From NCBI GenBank assembly GCA_002269645.1, contig NIVC01001699.1, positions 61,138 to 125,137 of the forward strand: a stretch of 64,000 bases of DNA, given 5' to 3'. This DNA comes from Macrostomum lignano (taxonomy: Eukaryota). Every line of letters starts with the position of its first letter. Position 1 is the stretch's first letter. Made by a program: the position numbers and the translations under genes. The notes below the pieces were generated by a model. It did no database searches, was not told the DNA's origin, and saw only the letters and a list, made by a program, of their open reading frames with translations. Shown here piece by piece: positions 12,740-25,302 of this stretch.

Positions 12740-13110
12740 ACTTGTAACAGTGGTGATTCCTATACACTGAGAATCCCACCGCTGCCACCAAGTTGTAACA
12801 GGTGTTATTCCTCTGTCTTTATGAACAATCCCACTATTGCCACCAAGTTGTTCCAGGTGTTCCCGTATGATACAAAATCCTACCGCTGTAACCAAGTTGT
12901 TACAGACCTTTTGGCTCTCTATAAGAATTTCACCGTTATGCCACCAAAGTTGTACTAGGTGTGTTTCCTGTGCACTGAGAATCCTACTAAATGCCACCAA
13001 AGTTGTAACAGGGGTGATTCTTTCTTCTTAATAATAATTTCACACTGTCACCAAAAGCTATCACAGGGCTAATTTACTAATCTCTTAAGTTGGTAGCTGC
13101 CACCAGGATT
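12740..13110. repeat. Old degenerate ~55-60-bp tandem repeat (ccaccaagttgtaacagg core), ~6 units
   Basis: Recurring ccacca(a)agttg motif at roughly regular spacing. Confidence 0.7.
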
Positions 13111-14233
13111 ATCCTATTAATAAATTGTGAGTTTATCAATCTTAGAATAATCCGAGAAATGTTTCTTAGAATAGGTCTGGGTATTTAGTCTGAGTATTTA
13201 GTCTGAGTATTTAGTCTGAGTATTTAGTCTGAGTATTAGTCTTAGAAAAACTGTTAGCCCTGAAAGATTTTACTCTTCTGATTATTCTGGTAGCGTTCTA
13301 TTATTCTGGTAGCGTTCTATTATTCTGGTAGCGTTCTACTTATCTAATGGCCTGAGCGGTATTTTGGCTTACTGGTATATGTATTTCATGTACTTTGCAA
13401 GTCCTTGGGCGTTACCGAGATCAGAGGGTCACAGCCTCCGGTTATTCTTACACGTATTACTTCAGATCTACTTCGCAACTTCTTACTACTCAACACTTTC
13501 CTTCTCAGTAGTATATACGGTACACACTTCCGTCTACTTCACTCTTTCTTAAAAAAAGAATTAACACGGAAAACACTTCTTCAATTCTTATTTTCTCGGA
13601 ACTCTTCTATTTGCTATCAATTGCTTATTGCGAACCGCGATGCGCGAGGTTGGTCTCTCCTCTGCCAAAAACGCTTCTATTTATACTAAAATTTGCTACA
13701 GTTTTAAACAAAAATTCGTTAGTGCAAAATATTATAGAAAATACGAGTATTAAAACAAAATATGTTTCTTAGTTTTGGCGTAAATTCAAATTGACTAAAT
13801 GGTGACTATTTTATAAAGAAATCGGGAGGGGCCCTGCACAAACTAATAAATTATTTAAAGACAATGGCTATATCCAAAATTCTACATTTAAGAATTAAGG
13901 GCTAAGAGGGGCATGGTACCTGCCTATGGCATGGGCTATGATATGACATATCAACAAATCTTAATACATATTAATTGATATTAGACTTAGAGGTTAGATA
14001 GGATTGAAGTCATCAATTAGGATTGGAAATATTTTTCTCAGGTTTGGGATCAGGATTAGGAATCAGAGTCAGGTTTTTTTGTTTATTTAATAGGCCTAGC
14101 TTTGTTACTTTTAACATAACTTTTTTATTTGTAAGATAAAGATATTTTCTATTTGTTATTTTAATTCTTTTTTTGTTTCTTTTTTGCTACTTTTGAGGTA
14201 GGGGATTTCAAAATAGATTGCTACATACCAATA

Positions 14234-14745
14234 CTGCAGCCCTATAGTCAGGAGCATGGCACTCTTGTGCCAAAACAAATCCAATCAAAAAAGTTTGCTT
14301 GTACCATGTGCCAGAACTATTCCTATCAAAAAGCTTGCTTGTACTATGCTGGAACTTTTAAAAAATTACAAAAAATGCAAAAACCAGTATTTTCCATTGG
14401 AAAAATTCTAGTAAAACTTGTATTTGAATCTGTTTAATAGAAAATGCAATGTTAACATATATTAATTAAAAAATCATCAATATACAACAAACAAAAAAGT
14501 GCTAAGCCCCATAAAAAGAAATTACATGCTAATTTTCTATTTGTAAAAATATTGTCTTGCTGAAAGTTTTTGGCTTGCAATAATTTGCACCATGTTTTGT
14601 CTTGCATAGTATAGTATTGCACTGAATTTTTCCCCTTGTCTACTGTTGTGCCAGAATGTGCCAGCATGGGTGATGCATGTCCAACCCCCTTTTGCACCAG
14701 AATTTTCCATGAAAAGACCATTTTCCTTACTATGGCTGTAGCTAT
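14234..14745. mobile_element. Possible decayed MITE
   Basis: ctgcagccctatagtcag at the left resembles the reverse complement of cttactatggctgtag at the right; no TSD found. Confidence 0.3.
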
Positions 14746-15479
14746 CGGGTTGGCAATTTGTCAATATTTGAATTTATAGACTTAAAGCCAGAAAACTTAA
14801 AGCAATATATATGTTTGAATCTGTATTGTTTATTCCATCATCTGCTATAGGTTCTCAATTCCAGGGGAAGGATAATAAAAATATTGTAGCCAAGAGGTCA
14901 TTCTTCTATATGTATATAGTATACCAATTTTTGAATTTGCCAAAATGTTTTAATACTTTGCCAAAATATTACTTTTGTGATTCACTGAAACATTAATTTG
15001 CCAAAACATCATATAGCCACTATAGTTCATAGATCCATATAGAGTTGAACAGAGTTGAACAAATACTATTAAGATCAGATCAAAAGATAAAACATGATAG
15101 AATAGATATAAAGTTTTGTAACCAATGAAGATTATTATAATGAGTATAAGTTAAAACAGAATGCATTCAAGTAATCACTAATTCTATAAATTTAGAATCA
15201 AAAGACCTATTTCCAATTTTCATTGTTAAGGTTAGGATCCCTAGAATATGGGATCAGGATTCAAATCCTATTTGACCTCTAGTATATATTTGGTAGTATC
15301 ATATACATTAATCTGATACTATAAATATACTAGCTACTAGCTAGGGTTAGGCCCACAATATAATATGAGCATAAGAAAGTTAAGCCATTATCCCAAGGAT
15401 TTTGATACCTTACCTTTCTAAGGCCCTAGAGTCCTAGGTATAGCTACTATAGATTTTCAAATGGATTTTACACTATATA

Positions 15480-16150
15480 GCCTAGGACCTAATAGGCCCA
15501 TTGATGTAACCGCCCTTGTTGCCAGTCCACTCCTATTGAGAGACGAACACTTGGCTAGAGGGGGCAATGACTGTAGGCTGCCTATGACCGGGCAATGACC
15601 TGACGGACCTCCAGCACCAGACTGTCCCGCCCACATGATTAGTAGCTTTGGTAGCGCTTCGTGACCAGAGGGCCAAGGACCCACATGGACCCCACCTGTA
15701 GCCAAGGTGCAATAGTTGGTCACTCGGTCATGGTATGACCGAGTGGCTGCCACCACTCTATGTGACCTGGTGCACCTGGATCTTGCTACCAGACCTCTTG
15801 AGGCTAGAGCCCCGCCTGGATTGGTTACCAGGGGATTTAGGCTAACAGGGGAGACACATGCAGCCGAGTACAGGGACTCTGCTTGGGGCATGATCGGGAA
15901 CTCTGGGCTCAATCCTGGAGGATTTCTCAGCAGGGGATCCTTGTGGCTGTGAGCGAGGCTGACTTGCGACTTTGATTACTAAGAGTAGTATGAGGTGAAC
16001 ATGTACTGTCTCTAGTTTAGATTGCTCAGGGCAAAGAGGCGCGTCAGCATGGGGTTGCAACCTTCCTACTGCCATTCTGTGCCAAGACTCGCTAATCCCT
16101 CTACTGCACGCACGCACGGCCCCGCAGCCCGCACTCACAGGCGAGCTTTG
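15480..16150 (-). pseudogene. Probable decayed tyrosine recombinase (DIRS/Ngaro-type retroelement) C-terminal region
   Basis: One frameshift joins TRSHRVVAATRSYHDRV to DQLLHLGYRW, resembling the YR box HS.R.GAAT....G......LGRW. It is followed by VWCWRSVRS and EWTGNKGG, weakly like the SGNH-hydrolase ORF that follows YR in Ngaro elements. Confidence 0.4.
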
Positions 16151-16791
16151 CACGGGGAGAGGCCATTAGCTTACCCAAACTTCTCTATGCTTTGCCACCC
16201 CGGGAGAAAGGCTTAGCAAGCCATGAGTGAAATGATGGTGAAAGAGTGAATAATGATGAGGTTAGTTAATAGTTAATAATTAGGCCCTTAGGCAAATAAT
16301 CAGGCAATTAGGCGGCTTCACTATTGAGTAAAAATACAGCAAAAGGTACGGTATCACAACTGGCTCAGCTCTCTAATCAGACCATGGAAAAATAGGCAAA
16401 CTCCGGATAAGCAAAGGCAATTAGAGCACAAATCAGTAACAGGAACTTACCAGCGGCTGCACAGAGAGAGAGAGAGAGAGAGAGACGGAGTGACCGAGGG
16501 CGGCTGTAGGCTGCAGTCAGGCGGACAGTGAAGCGGCGATGCGCTGAAGCGACGAGGCGCTGGTGTAGATCAGGCGAAGCTGATGATGCTGTGCGGTGTC
16601 AGACCGCTGGCCGATAGGCGAGCTCACTTGGGGAGCTGAAGATAACTTGGCGGTAACAGACCGCGGACCGGCAGGGATTCGTCTTATAGACGAATGGGTC
16701 AGAACTCATTCAGTCTGACGGCAAGTCTAAAGAAAGACTAGGAGCCCGAAGGTGGGCAAAAGTTGAGCATTCTCATGCCGAAAACCGCCTC

Positions 16792-16883
16792 CTTTTATAG
16801 CCTTCCCAGCCGCCGCTCCAAGGTCGTTTCCATGACTCCCTCTCTCTGATTGGCTGCCGGCTGAATGACGTCAGAATGAGTCA
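16792..16883 (-). promoter_or_regulatory. Pol II promoter-like cluster: TATAAAAG, CCAAT, CRE (TGACGTCA), AP-1 (TGAGTCA)
   Basis: TATA at 16799-16792 (minus), ATTGG at 16849-16853, TGACGTCA at 16866-16873, TGAGTCA at 16877-16883; GTAAGT donor at 16450-16445 downstream. Confidence 0.55.
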
Positions 16884-18380
16884 TGATGAGAAACATAAGA
16901 CCGGCATAGCAACATGAGAAAAAGGGAAATTGCGCAATCCGGAGGTGGGGTGGGGGGATAATTGGCGCAGCGGGTGGTTGCGAAAGTGTTGCGCAAGCAA
17001 ACATTGAGACCAATAGGGCCGGGGTCGAGAACAAAGGAATTGGAAATCGGGGATAATTGGGGAGAATCGAGAACAATAGAAAAGCAAACATTGGAGAAAA
17101 GGTGATAATTAGGTGCGAAAACGAGAACAAAAGAAAGAGAAAATCGGAGAAAATGTGATAATTGGTGGGGGTAAAGAGAACAAAAGAATCAAAAACGAGA
17201 ACAATAGAAGCGGAGGTGGGGTGGGTGTCGCATGAGAAATTTGGAGAGGAGAGCAATAGCATGAGAAAAGGTTGCGCAAGAGAGGGGGATGAGTAATCGA
17301 GGGGCGGTCACACGACTTGCGTCACCGTTTGGGAGTTTGGGAAGAGATGGGAGGTCGGTGAGCACACAAAATACTGTAAGTAGACGCAGAGAAAGAGGGG
17401 GCAGCGCAGGAAAATAGTGCAGAGAGGGACAAAAAGAGGGGGGATAGGGAAAGTACAAGAAGACTAGGGTGGAGCACAGGGGAGATAAGGTAGAGGGGAG
17501 GTACAGAGAGGGATATGGGGCTCCGGAAAGGCAGGTGTGGCGGCAGGGGAGACGGAACCAAGGCAGCAGGGGGGTGCAGCAGAGCGGGAGTCTCCAGACC
17601 TGGTCGGAGACCTGGCCGAGTCTCGACAGCTCTGTGCAGGGGGGTACACGGGATAGAAGGCACTTTCGAAAAAGTTCCCATGCCCTATCCCGCGACCAGA
17701 GCGTGGTTACATCACCATGTTTTTTAATCCTTGATGTGCAAACTGTAAAATATTGAAAACAAAGCTTTGGTAGCAAAAAACTGGTAAAAGAACCTGTTTG
17801 TAAGAAACCTGCTTGTGGAAAATCTCATTGACCTACAGTTTATTTGACAAATAAATGTAGCAATACTTTTTCTATATTCTGTGTATATTCTATGGGTAGG
17901 CCTATACCTATGATATAATAGACTTATGATTTATTATAGTACAATAATTTACTTAAAAATCATTTTTTAAAGGATTCATGGGTCATACATTGGACAAAAG
18001 TGGTCTTCGGTTCCATTTCTAGGATTCCTTTGGCCTAAGCTGGCCATTGTAGAATAAACACTAGTCATAGTCTTCTCCTTAAAATATAACTGCTATCCAG
18101 TGTTAGCCTTTGGAGTATATCTAACAAAAGATGAAATATTCCTTTGACAAAGGCATTGGATCCTATTTAAAAGCCAACAAACTCTTCAAAGATGTTTTGC
18201 TTTTATTTTTATTTGGTTTTACAGATTCTTATATAATTAGACGTTTTTGATGCTACAACAATGGCTGTTGGCTTTCCACAGAAGCAAACCCATCAAATTA
18301 GCATCTCGATCCTATTTAAGACCCCTAGTTAGGTCAGTAAAGTTACCTGGTATGTTTTGCTCTTGTCTGCTTGTGTTTGA

Positions 18381-18940
18381 CTTTGATATCTTTCCTTACT
18401 GCTCTCTCATTGGCTAAGCTAAATTGGGCCTGCCCCCTATCCTAAATTTTGTCCGTCTGTCTTTGATCTCTTTCCTTACTGCTCTCTCATTGGCTAAGCT
18501 AAATTGGGCCTGGCCCCTAACCTAAATTTTGTCCATCTGTCTTTGATCTCTTTCCTTACTGCTCTCTCATTGCCTAAGCTAAATTGGGCCTGCCCCCTAG
18601 CCTAAATTTCGTCCGTCTGTCTTTGATCTCTTTCCTTACTGCTCTCTCATTGCCTAAGCTAAATTGGGCCTGCCCCCTAGCCTAAATTTCGTCTGTCGGT
18701 TTTTGATCTCTTTCCTTACTGATCTCTCTCATTGGCTGAGCTAAATTGGGCCTGTCCCCTAGCCTTAATTTCGTCTGTCGGTCTTTGATCTCTTTCCTTA
18801 CTGCTCTCTCATTGGCTGAGCTAAATTGGGCCTGTCCCCTAGCCTTAATTTCGTCTGTCGGTCTTTGATCTCTTTCCTTACTGCTCTCTCATTGGCTGAG
18901 CTAAATTGGGCCTGCCCCCTAGCCTAATTTTTGTCCGTCT
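18381..18940. repeat. 80-bp minisatellite, 7 copies, just upstream of PRIM2
   Basis: tttccttact recurs at 18391, 18471, 18551, 18631 and 18711, and continues at ~80-bp period. Confidence 0.95.
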
Positions 18941-19031
18941 TGCGTTCACTCATTATATTATCTGTGCTCATACCTAAGCACTAGAGCACTACTAGGTGGG
19001 ATTTATGCCAATCCTTCCGGTTGCAGCAGGC

Positions 19032-19447
19032 ATGGAAATCACCGAGTCCAAGGGCTCCTCAGCTGAGCCGCAGGTCCGGCTGCAGTTCTACCGCGACCCG
19101 CCATCTGGCAGCGAGCAGCTGGACACTGTCCAAAATCTCTGCCTTGCCCGACTGCGCCTGCTCAAAGCAGTTGAAGAAGTCGGCCAGGACATGATCAAAG
19201 GATCTAAAGAGTACATGGAACGGTTGAAGATGAAGCTCGGGAAGCTGGACCTGGGCGCCTCGCTGCTCACTACCAGTGGTGTACACGTCGACGGCCTGCG
19301 ATTCCGAGAAGAGATTCGACGCGACGTGTTGAGCCACTTCCTGCTGAGGCTGGCGATGTGCCGCACCGAGGATCAGCGCCGCTGGTTCATCACCCAGGAG
19401 ACCGATTTGTTTAGGCTGCGCTTCCAACTGGAGCAGAATGCTGATAG
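19032..19447 (+). CDS. PRIM2: DNA primase large subunit, coding exon 1
   Basis: MEITESKG...LQFYRDPP...RRDVLSHFLLRLAMCRTEDQRRWFITQETDLFRLRF matches the PRIM2 N-terminus; phase-2 donor AG|gtgctt. Confidence 0.92.
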
Positions 19448-19864
19448 GTGCTTGCCTATTGCTGGTGTGAAGACTAAACAAATTCACTTTCACTTTTATT
19501 AGTGGTTTTAAAGCAAGCAAACTCTAACTAAGCTATTAAAATACTCTACTTGCAGTAGAAATAGTAGAATATTACCTGTAAAGAATTAATAAAAAACTTG
19601 TGTTATAATCTACTAATAGGATAGTAAAAATGTCCAATGGATGTACTGCTCTAGTAAAAATAATAGTTGTTAGTCACGAAAAAAACTATGTTGAAAGAGG
19701 AATGAATAGGGGGAATTTTAATTATTAGTGTTAAATACTTACCTTATTTATTAGTATGTTTATTACTGTTTTTATCATAGAAAAGCTGTTAGTAGTACTG
19801 CAAGTATTTAAGTGATAAATGCGAGCCACCAATATCCCATAGAATAGAATAAAATCCCATAGAC

Positions 19865-19890
19865 TACCACTACTACTGCTAATACTACTG

Positions 19891-19966
<76 letters not shown>
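19865..19966. repeat. (CTA)n microsatellite abutting the PRIM2 intron 1 acceptor
   Basis: Read directly; ends ...ctactacag|G. Confidence 0.97.
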
Positions 19967-19968
19967 AG

Positions 19969-20502
19969 GTCCAGATCCAGCCGGTTCAGCGCCGTGGCGG
20001 CATTCCTATCCGCCAACGGCATCCATTTCGATTCGCTGAGCGACGCCGAGCGGTCGGATCTGGCGCCAGAGCTGCTGGCGGCCACGCCGGGCATCGGCAG
20101 CGACGCCGAGCTGGCCACCGTGGCATTCTACCGCGCCCACTTCACCGAGGCCCTCGACCTGGTCCGGTCTAGGCGAGTTTATCTGCGCGATGGCTTCGCC
20201 TACGTGCCCGAGACCGGGGTGGTCTCTATGGCAACTACGCGATTCCGGGCCCACCTGTCGCATCAGCTGGCCGTGGCCTGCCGGGCCCTGCCTTACCTGG
20301 GCGAGGACGCCCGCCTGGTGCCTCTGCTCGGCGCCATAGCCAAGAATTTGTCCGGCGACGAATGGACAGCCAAATCTGGCGGACCAGCTGGAGTGGTGCT
20401 CAGCGGCCAGGTTGACCAGCTGGCTAAGACCAGCTTCCCGCCCTGCATGCAGCATCTGCACTCTGCCCTGCGCCGCGATCATCATCTCAGGCACTTTGGC
20501 AG
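19969..20502 (+). CDS. PRIM2: DNA primase large subunit, exon 2
   Basis: ALDLVRSRRVYLRDGFAYVP...SFPPCMQHLHSALRRDHHLRHFGR; cag acceptor, AG|gtaagt donor, frame continuous. Confidence 0.96.
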
Positions 20503-20609
20503 GTAAGTTTTTATAATTAATATATGCCTTTTTCACAATTTTATGTTGTTGGTTCTTTAGTTTTTTATTTGGAATGAAAGTTTAGTAGTGAGGGAAATCA
20601 CTCTTCAGC

Positions 20610-21215
20610 ATCTTGGTCATCATCATCTTGAGCATCCTCATCCTGACCATCATCATCTTGATCATCATCATCTTGATTATCATCATCTTGAGCATCATCA
20701 TCTTGAGCACATCATCTTGATCATCATCATCTTAAGCATCACCATCTTGATCGTCATCATTTTGAGCATCATCATCTTGAGCATCATCATCTTAAGCATC
20801 ATCATCTTGAGCATCATCATCTTTATCATTATCATCTTGATCATCATCATCTTGAGCATCATCATCTTAAGCATCATCATCTTAAGCATCATCATCTTGA
20901 GCACATCATCTTGATCATCATCATCTTAAGCATCACCATCTTGATCGTCATCATTTTGAGCATCATCATCTTGAGCATCATCATCTTTATCATTATCATC
21001 TTGATCATCATCATCTTGAGCATCATCATCTTAAGCATCATCATCTTAAGCATCATCATCTTGAGCATCATCATCTTTATCATTATCATCTTGATCATCA
21101 TCATCTTGAGCATCACCATCTTAAGCGTCATCATCTTGAGCATCATCATTGTGAGCACATTATCACATTATCTTGATCATCATCATCATTTTGAGTATCA
21201 TCATCTTGAGCGCAT
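20610..21215. repeat. (CAT)n-derived 15-bp repeat (catcatcatcttgag) in PRIM2 intron 2
   Basis: Read directly; source of the poly-I and poly-M ORFs. Confidence 0.95.
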
Positions 21216-21293
21216 CATCTTGATTATTATATGCAAAGTTGTGTGACAGCTTTGCGGAGTGAAGTTATTCAAGCAGTCCCGCCGCCTCTCCAG

Positions 21294-21614
21294 ACTGCAG
21301 TACGGCCTGTTTCTAAAGGGCATCGGCATGCCCCTAGAGGAGGCGCTCAAATTCTGGCGCGGCGCTTTCGCTGGCAAAGTTGATGGAGACAAATTCGCAA
21401 AAGAGTATGCCTACGGCATCCGGTACAACTACGGCAAGGAGGGCAAGCGGGCCGACTTCAGCCCCTATTCCTGCGTCAGAATCATCACTACTAATCAGCC
21501 CGGTCAGGGCGACTCGCACGGCTGTCCGTTTCGGCACTGTGGCGCTGATCTGCTTGCCCAGCGACTGCAGGCGGCCGGCATTTCGCAGGACCAGGCGCAG
21601 GGCATCTTGACTAG
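21294..21614 (+). CDS. PRIM2: DNA primase large subunit, exon 3 (Fe-S domain)
   Basis: [11 protein letters not shown]...[15 protein letters not shown]...HGCPFRH; ctccag acceptor, AG|gtgagt donor. Confidence 0.97.
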
Positions 21615-21704
21615 GTGAGTGGGCTGGGCTGCTCTGAGGCTTAGGGAGGTGGGGGCTGGGGTCTAGTGTCCAGAGACGGGGGACTGATGGCTCCTAATCA
21701 TTAG

Positions 21705-22225
<521 letters not shown>

Positions 22226-22900
22226 GAGGTCACGGCGTGTTTAAAAAAATCAAAAGACTAATTAATTAAATATGGGCTACCGGTTTCGAGCCTCTGGGCT
22301 CTTCGTCAGGCCAAAAAATCTGTGTGTCATGCAATTCAAGTTGGTCTTTTAAGTATTATTTTTCTTAGTCTGATAGAATTGATAAGTAGTTGTACATATG
22401 AGGGATGTACATTTAAAACCCTGTTTTGCCTAGCTCTAACGTGTCCCAGAGGCTTTCCACCATTAATTTTAAACGACAGTATATTTGTTATAAAAAAATT
22501 GTTATTTCGAAGTACTATACGATATGCGATACTATACGATTAGATGAAATGCCGGTATTGGGGTAGGAGCATAAAAATCAATATTGAGCGTACAGTTAAG
22601 CAGTTTGAATAAAATAAAATAAATGACACGTGAATAAATATTTTATTTCAATAGGGTAAAAATAGCGCATTGGTTAAAATGATTCAATGTTTCCTGGCTG
22701 AGACTTGAACTTATTGGGGCCAGGAGGCTCTGTAAGTTACGTTGCCGTGTAAAAGCGGGCAGTATGCGGGAGCCTGGTTTATTTTGTAGCTTATCAAAGT
22801 TTTTAGCAATCTCGTTGGCAAGCCAGACCGTAGATGGGTGAAAAGGAAGGACCAGAGGGATGGGTCGGAGAAGATGATTGTCAACCCTGATGTTCGTACC
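22226..22900 (-). mobile_element. Penelope-like retroelement remnant inserted in PRIM2 intron 3
   Basis: Carries a minimal hammerhead typical of Penelope pseudo-LTRs. Upstream minus-strand peptides RILPAFTRQRNLQSLL and YCRLKLMVESLW weakly resemble PLE linker and GIY-YIG C-terminal segments. Confidence 0.6.
22275..22312 (-). ncRNA. Minimal type I hammerhead ribozyme
   Basis: Minus strand GGC-CUGACGA-A-GAGC-CCAGAG-GCUC-GAAA-CCGG-UA-GCC: full core, 4-bp stem II, palindromic CCGG in stem III, GUA cleavage triplet, 3-bp stem I. Confidence 0.85.
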
Positions 22901-22911
22901 TGGCGGTTTGA

Positions 22912-22943
<32 letters not shown>

Positions 22944-22948
22944 CTATC

Positions 22949-23022
<74 letters not shown>

Positions 23023-23149
23023 ATGACCGAATTTCGAGAGAGAGTGAGTAATGACCGAATTTCAAGAGTATAGTGGACTGTGCTCAATGATAGTGGATAT
23101 CTTAAGCATCGCGGCAATTATTTATATTTAACCCCCCCCCATCCAACAG

Positions 23150-23447
23150 GGCCAAGGACTCCCAGTACCAGCTGGCTTGCCGAGACTATTTCCGAGCTGT
23201 GCACAAGTTAAGCTCTGATCACGAGGTCAGCATCAATCATCCCAATCAATATTACGAAGAGTCGCGCGCCCTGTTGCTAGGCAACGGCCAGCAACAGCAG
23301 TCGGCGCGAGCCCCGGTGCGCGTGACCAAAGTGAAAGCTGCCCCTGCTGCGACCGCTGCAGGCAGCCAAGCGGCTGAATCTGATTGGCTGGACGAGACCA
23401 TTGACCAGGAGATGTCGCAGGTTGACTTGTCCGCTTATGAAGCTTAG
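23150..23447 (+). CDS. PRIM2: DNA primase large subunit, exon 4 (stop)
   Basis: AKDSQYQLACRDYF...NHPNQYYEES supplies the 4th Fe-S cysteine; TAG at 23445-23447. Joined CDS is 1569 nt, 522 aa. Confidence 0.95.
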
Positions 23448-23514
23448 TGAGGCTCTGGGAGCTGATTGCATGACTTTATGAGGTTCTATTCCGAGCAGCA
23501 ATATTGTGAGACGT

Positions 23515-23520
23515 AATAAA
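23515..23520 (+). terminator. PRIM2 polyadenylation signal AATAAA
   Basis: 68 nt after the stop codon, directly before a minisatellite. Confidence 0.65.
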
Positions 23521-24410
23521 GAGTTCCTATCCCAAATCTAAGAGTCCCTATCCCAAATCTAAGAGTCCCTATCCCAAATCTGTGAGTCTCTATCCAAAAT
23601 CTGAGTCCCTATCCCAAATCTGAGTTCCTATCCCAAATCTGAGTCCCTATCCCAAATCTGAGTCTCTATCCCAAATCTGAGTCCCTATCCCAAATCTAAG
23701 AGTCCCTATCCCAAATCTAAGAGTCCCTATCCCAAATCTAAGAGTCCCTATCCCAAATCTGTGAGTCTCTATCCCAAATCTGAGTCCCTATCCCAAATCT
23801 GAGTCTCTATCCCAAATCTGAGTCCCTATCCCAAATCTGAGTTCCTATCCCAAATCTGAGTTCCTATCCCAAATCTTTGAGTCTCTATCCCAAATCTTTG
23901 AGTCCCTATCCCAAATCTGAGTCCCTATCCCAAATCTGAGTTCCTATCCCAAATCTGAGTTCCTATCCCAAATCTGAGTTCCTATCCCAAATCTGAGTTC
24001 CTATCCCAAATCTGAGTTCCTATCCCAAATCTGAGTCCCTATCCCAAATCTGTGAGTCCCTATCCCAAATCTGTGAGTCCCTATCCCAAATCTGTGAGTC
24101 CCTATCCCAAATCTGAGTCCCTATCCCAAATCTGAGTTCCTATCCCAAATCTGAGTTCCTATCCCAAATCTTTGAGTCTCTATCCCAAATCTTTGAGTCC
24201 CTATCCCAAATCTGAGTCCCTATCCCAAATCTGAGTTCCTATCCCAAATCTGAGTTCCTATCCCAAATCTGAGTTCCTATCCCAAATCTGAGTTCCTATC
24301 CCAAATCTGAGTTCCTATCCCAAATCTGTGAGTCCCTATCCCAAACCTGTGAGTCCCTATCCCAAATCTGTGAGTCCCTATCCCAAACCTGTGAGTCCCT
24401 ATCCCACAGT
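23521..24410. repeat. 19/21-bp minisatellite (gagtccctatcccaaatct), ~45 copies
   Basis: Read directly. Confidence 0.97.
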
Positions 24411-25004
24411 CGAGGGTCACTATCTCAAACAACCAACAACTATACTTTAAATAAATACTATTTTCTATACATTTATTTGTGTGTAATTGATTTTTAATAC
24501 AAATTGAACTCAAGGCATTGCAACGAATCCATTGTATATTTAATTATGGCAGAAGTAGGAACTGCTGATGCGGTAGTTTCTTAGTAGTATATTTTATGCA
24601 ACCCTAATGTTTATATTATTTTTTAGCTGTGCCGCATTTTCAAAATGAAATGAGATAAGCATTTTTCTTTGGTTTACGATTGTAATTTTATGCCTTTTTG
24701 CTTACCAACAGTTGGATATTGCTGGATAGGCTAATTTAATTTCAGCATTTGTTCTAATACAATTTTTTTGTCAAATTAATAATTCATTAATCATCTTTTT
24801 GCCCTAAAATTTGTTCCTTACCAAGTCTTGATCTTAATTAACATGGTAAAATATTTTTCTATTGTTTTTTAACAAAAATAAACATAGCAGTCTACTATGC
24901 GGTCAGTAGCAAATCAGCTTCAAATAATTACAATTGCTTTTTTAAAATTGAATTTGAACTTTTTGCATGCAGTTTATTATCTTGATTTTTTTAATGCAAC
25001 ACAT

Positions 25005-25262
25005 CGGCTGCTACCCCCACCCAGTCCCTCACTCGGCTGCTACCCCCACCCCAGTCCCTCACTCGGCTGCTACCCCACCCCAGTCCCTCACTGGGCTGCT
25101 ACCCCCACCCCAGTCCCTCACTGGGCTGCTACCCCCACCCCAGTCCCTCACTGGGCTGCTACCCCCACCCCAGTCCCTCACTGGGCTGCTACCCCCTCCC
25201 CAGTCCCTCACTGGGCTGCTACCCCCACCCCAGTCCCTCACTGGGCTGCTACCCCCACCCAA
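25005..25262. repeat. 30-bp minisatellite (ctgctacccccaccccagtccctcactggg) just 3' of the astacin stop
   Basis: Read directly. Confidence 0.95.
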
Positions 25263-25302
25263 GTCCTTCAGTACCTCATTAGTATTAGTCTGGTCACCGG
25301 CA

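Noticed and set aside
17189-17776. 195-aa minus-strand ORF and overlapping ORFs
   Set aside because: Non-ATG start and low-complexity composition from a purine-rich tract; no recognisable domain.
18996-19031. N-terminal extension MGFMPILPVAAG of PRIM2 in the ORF track
   Set aside because: It starts at GTG and includes an acceptor-like ttgcag; ATG 19032 gives a length matching known PRIM2 proteins.
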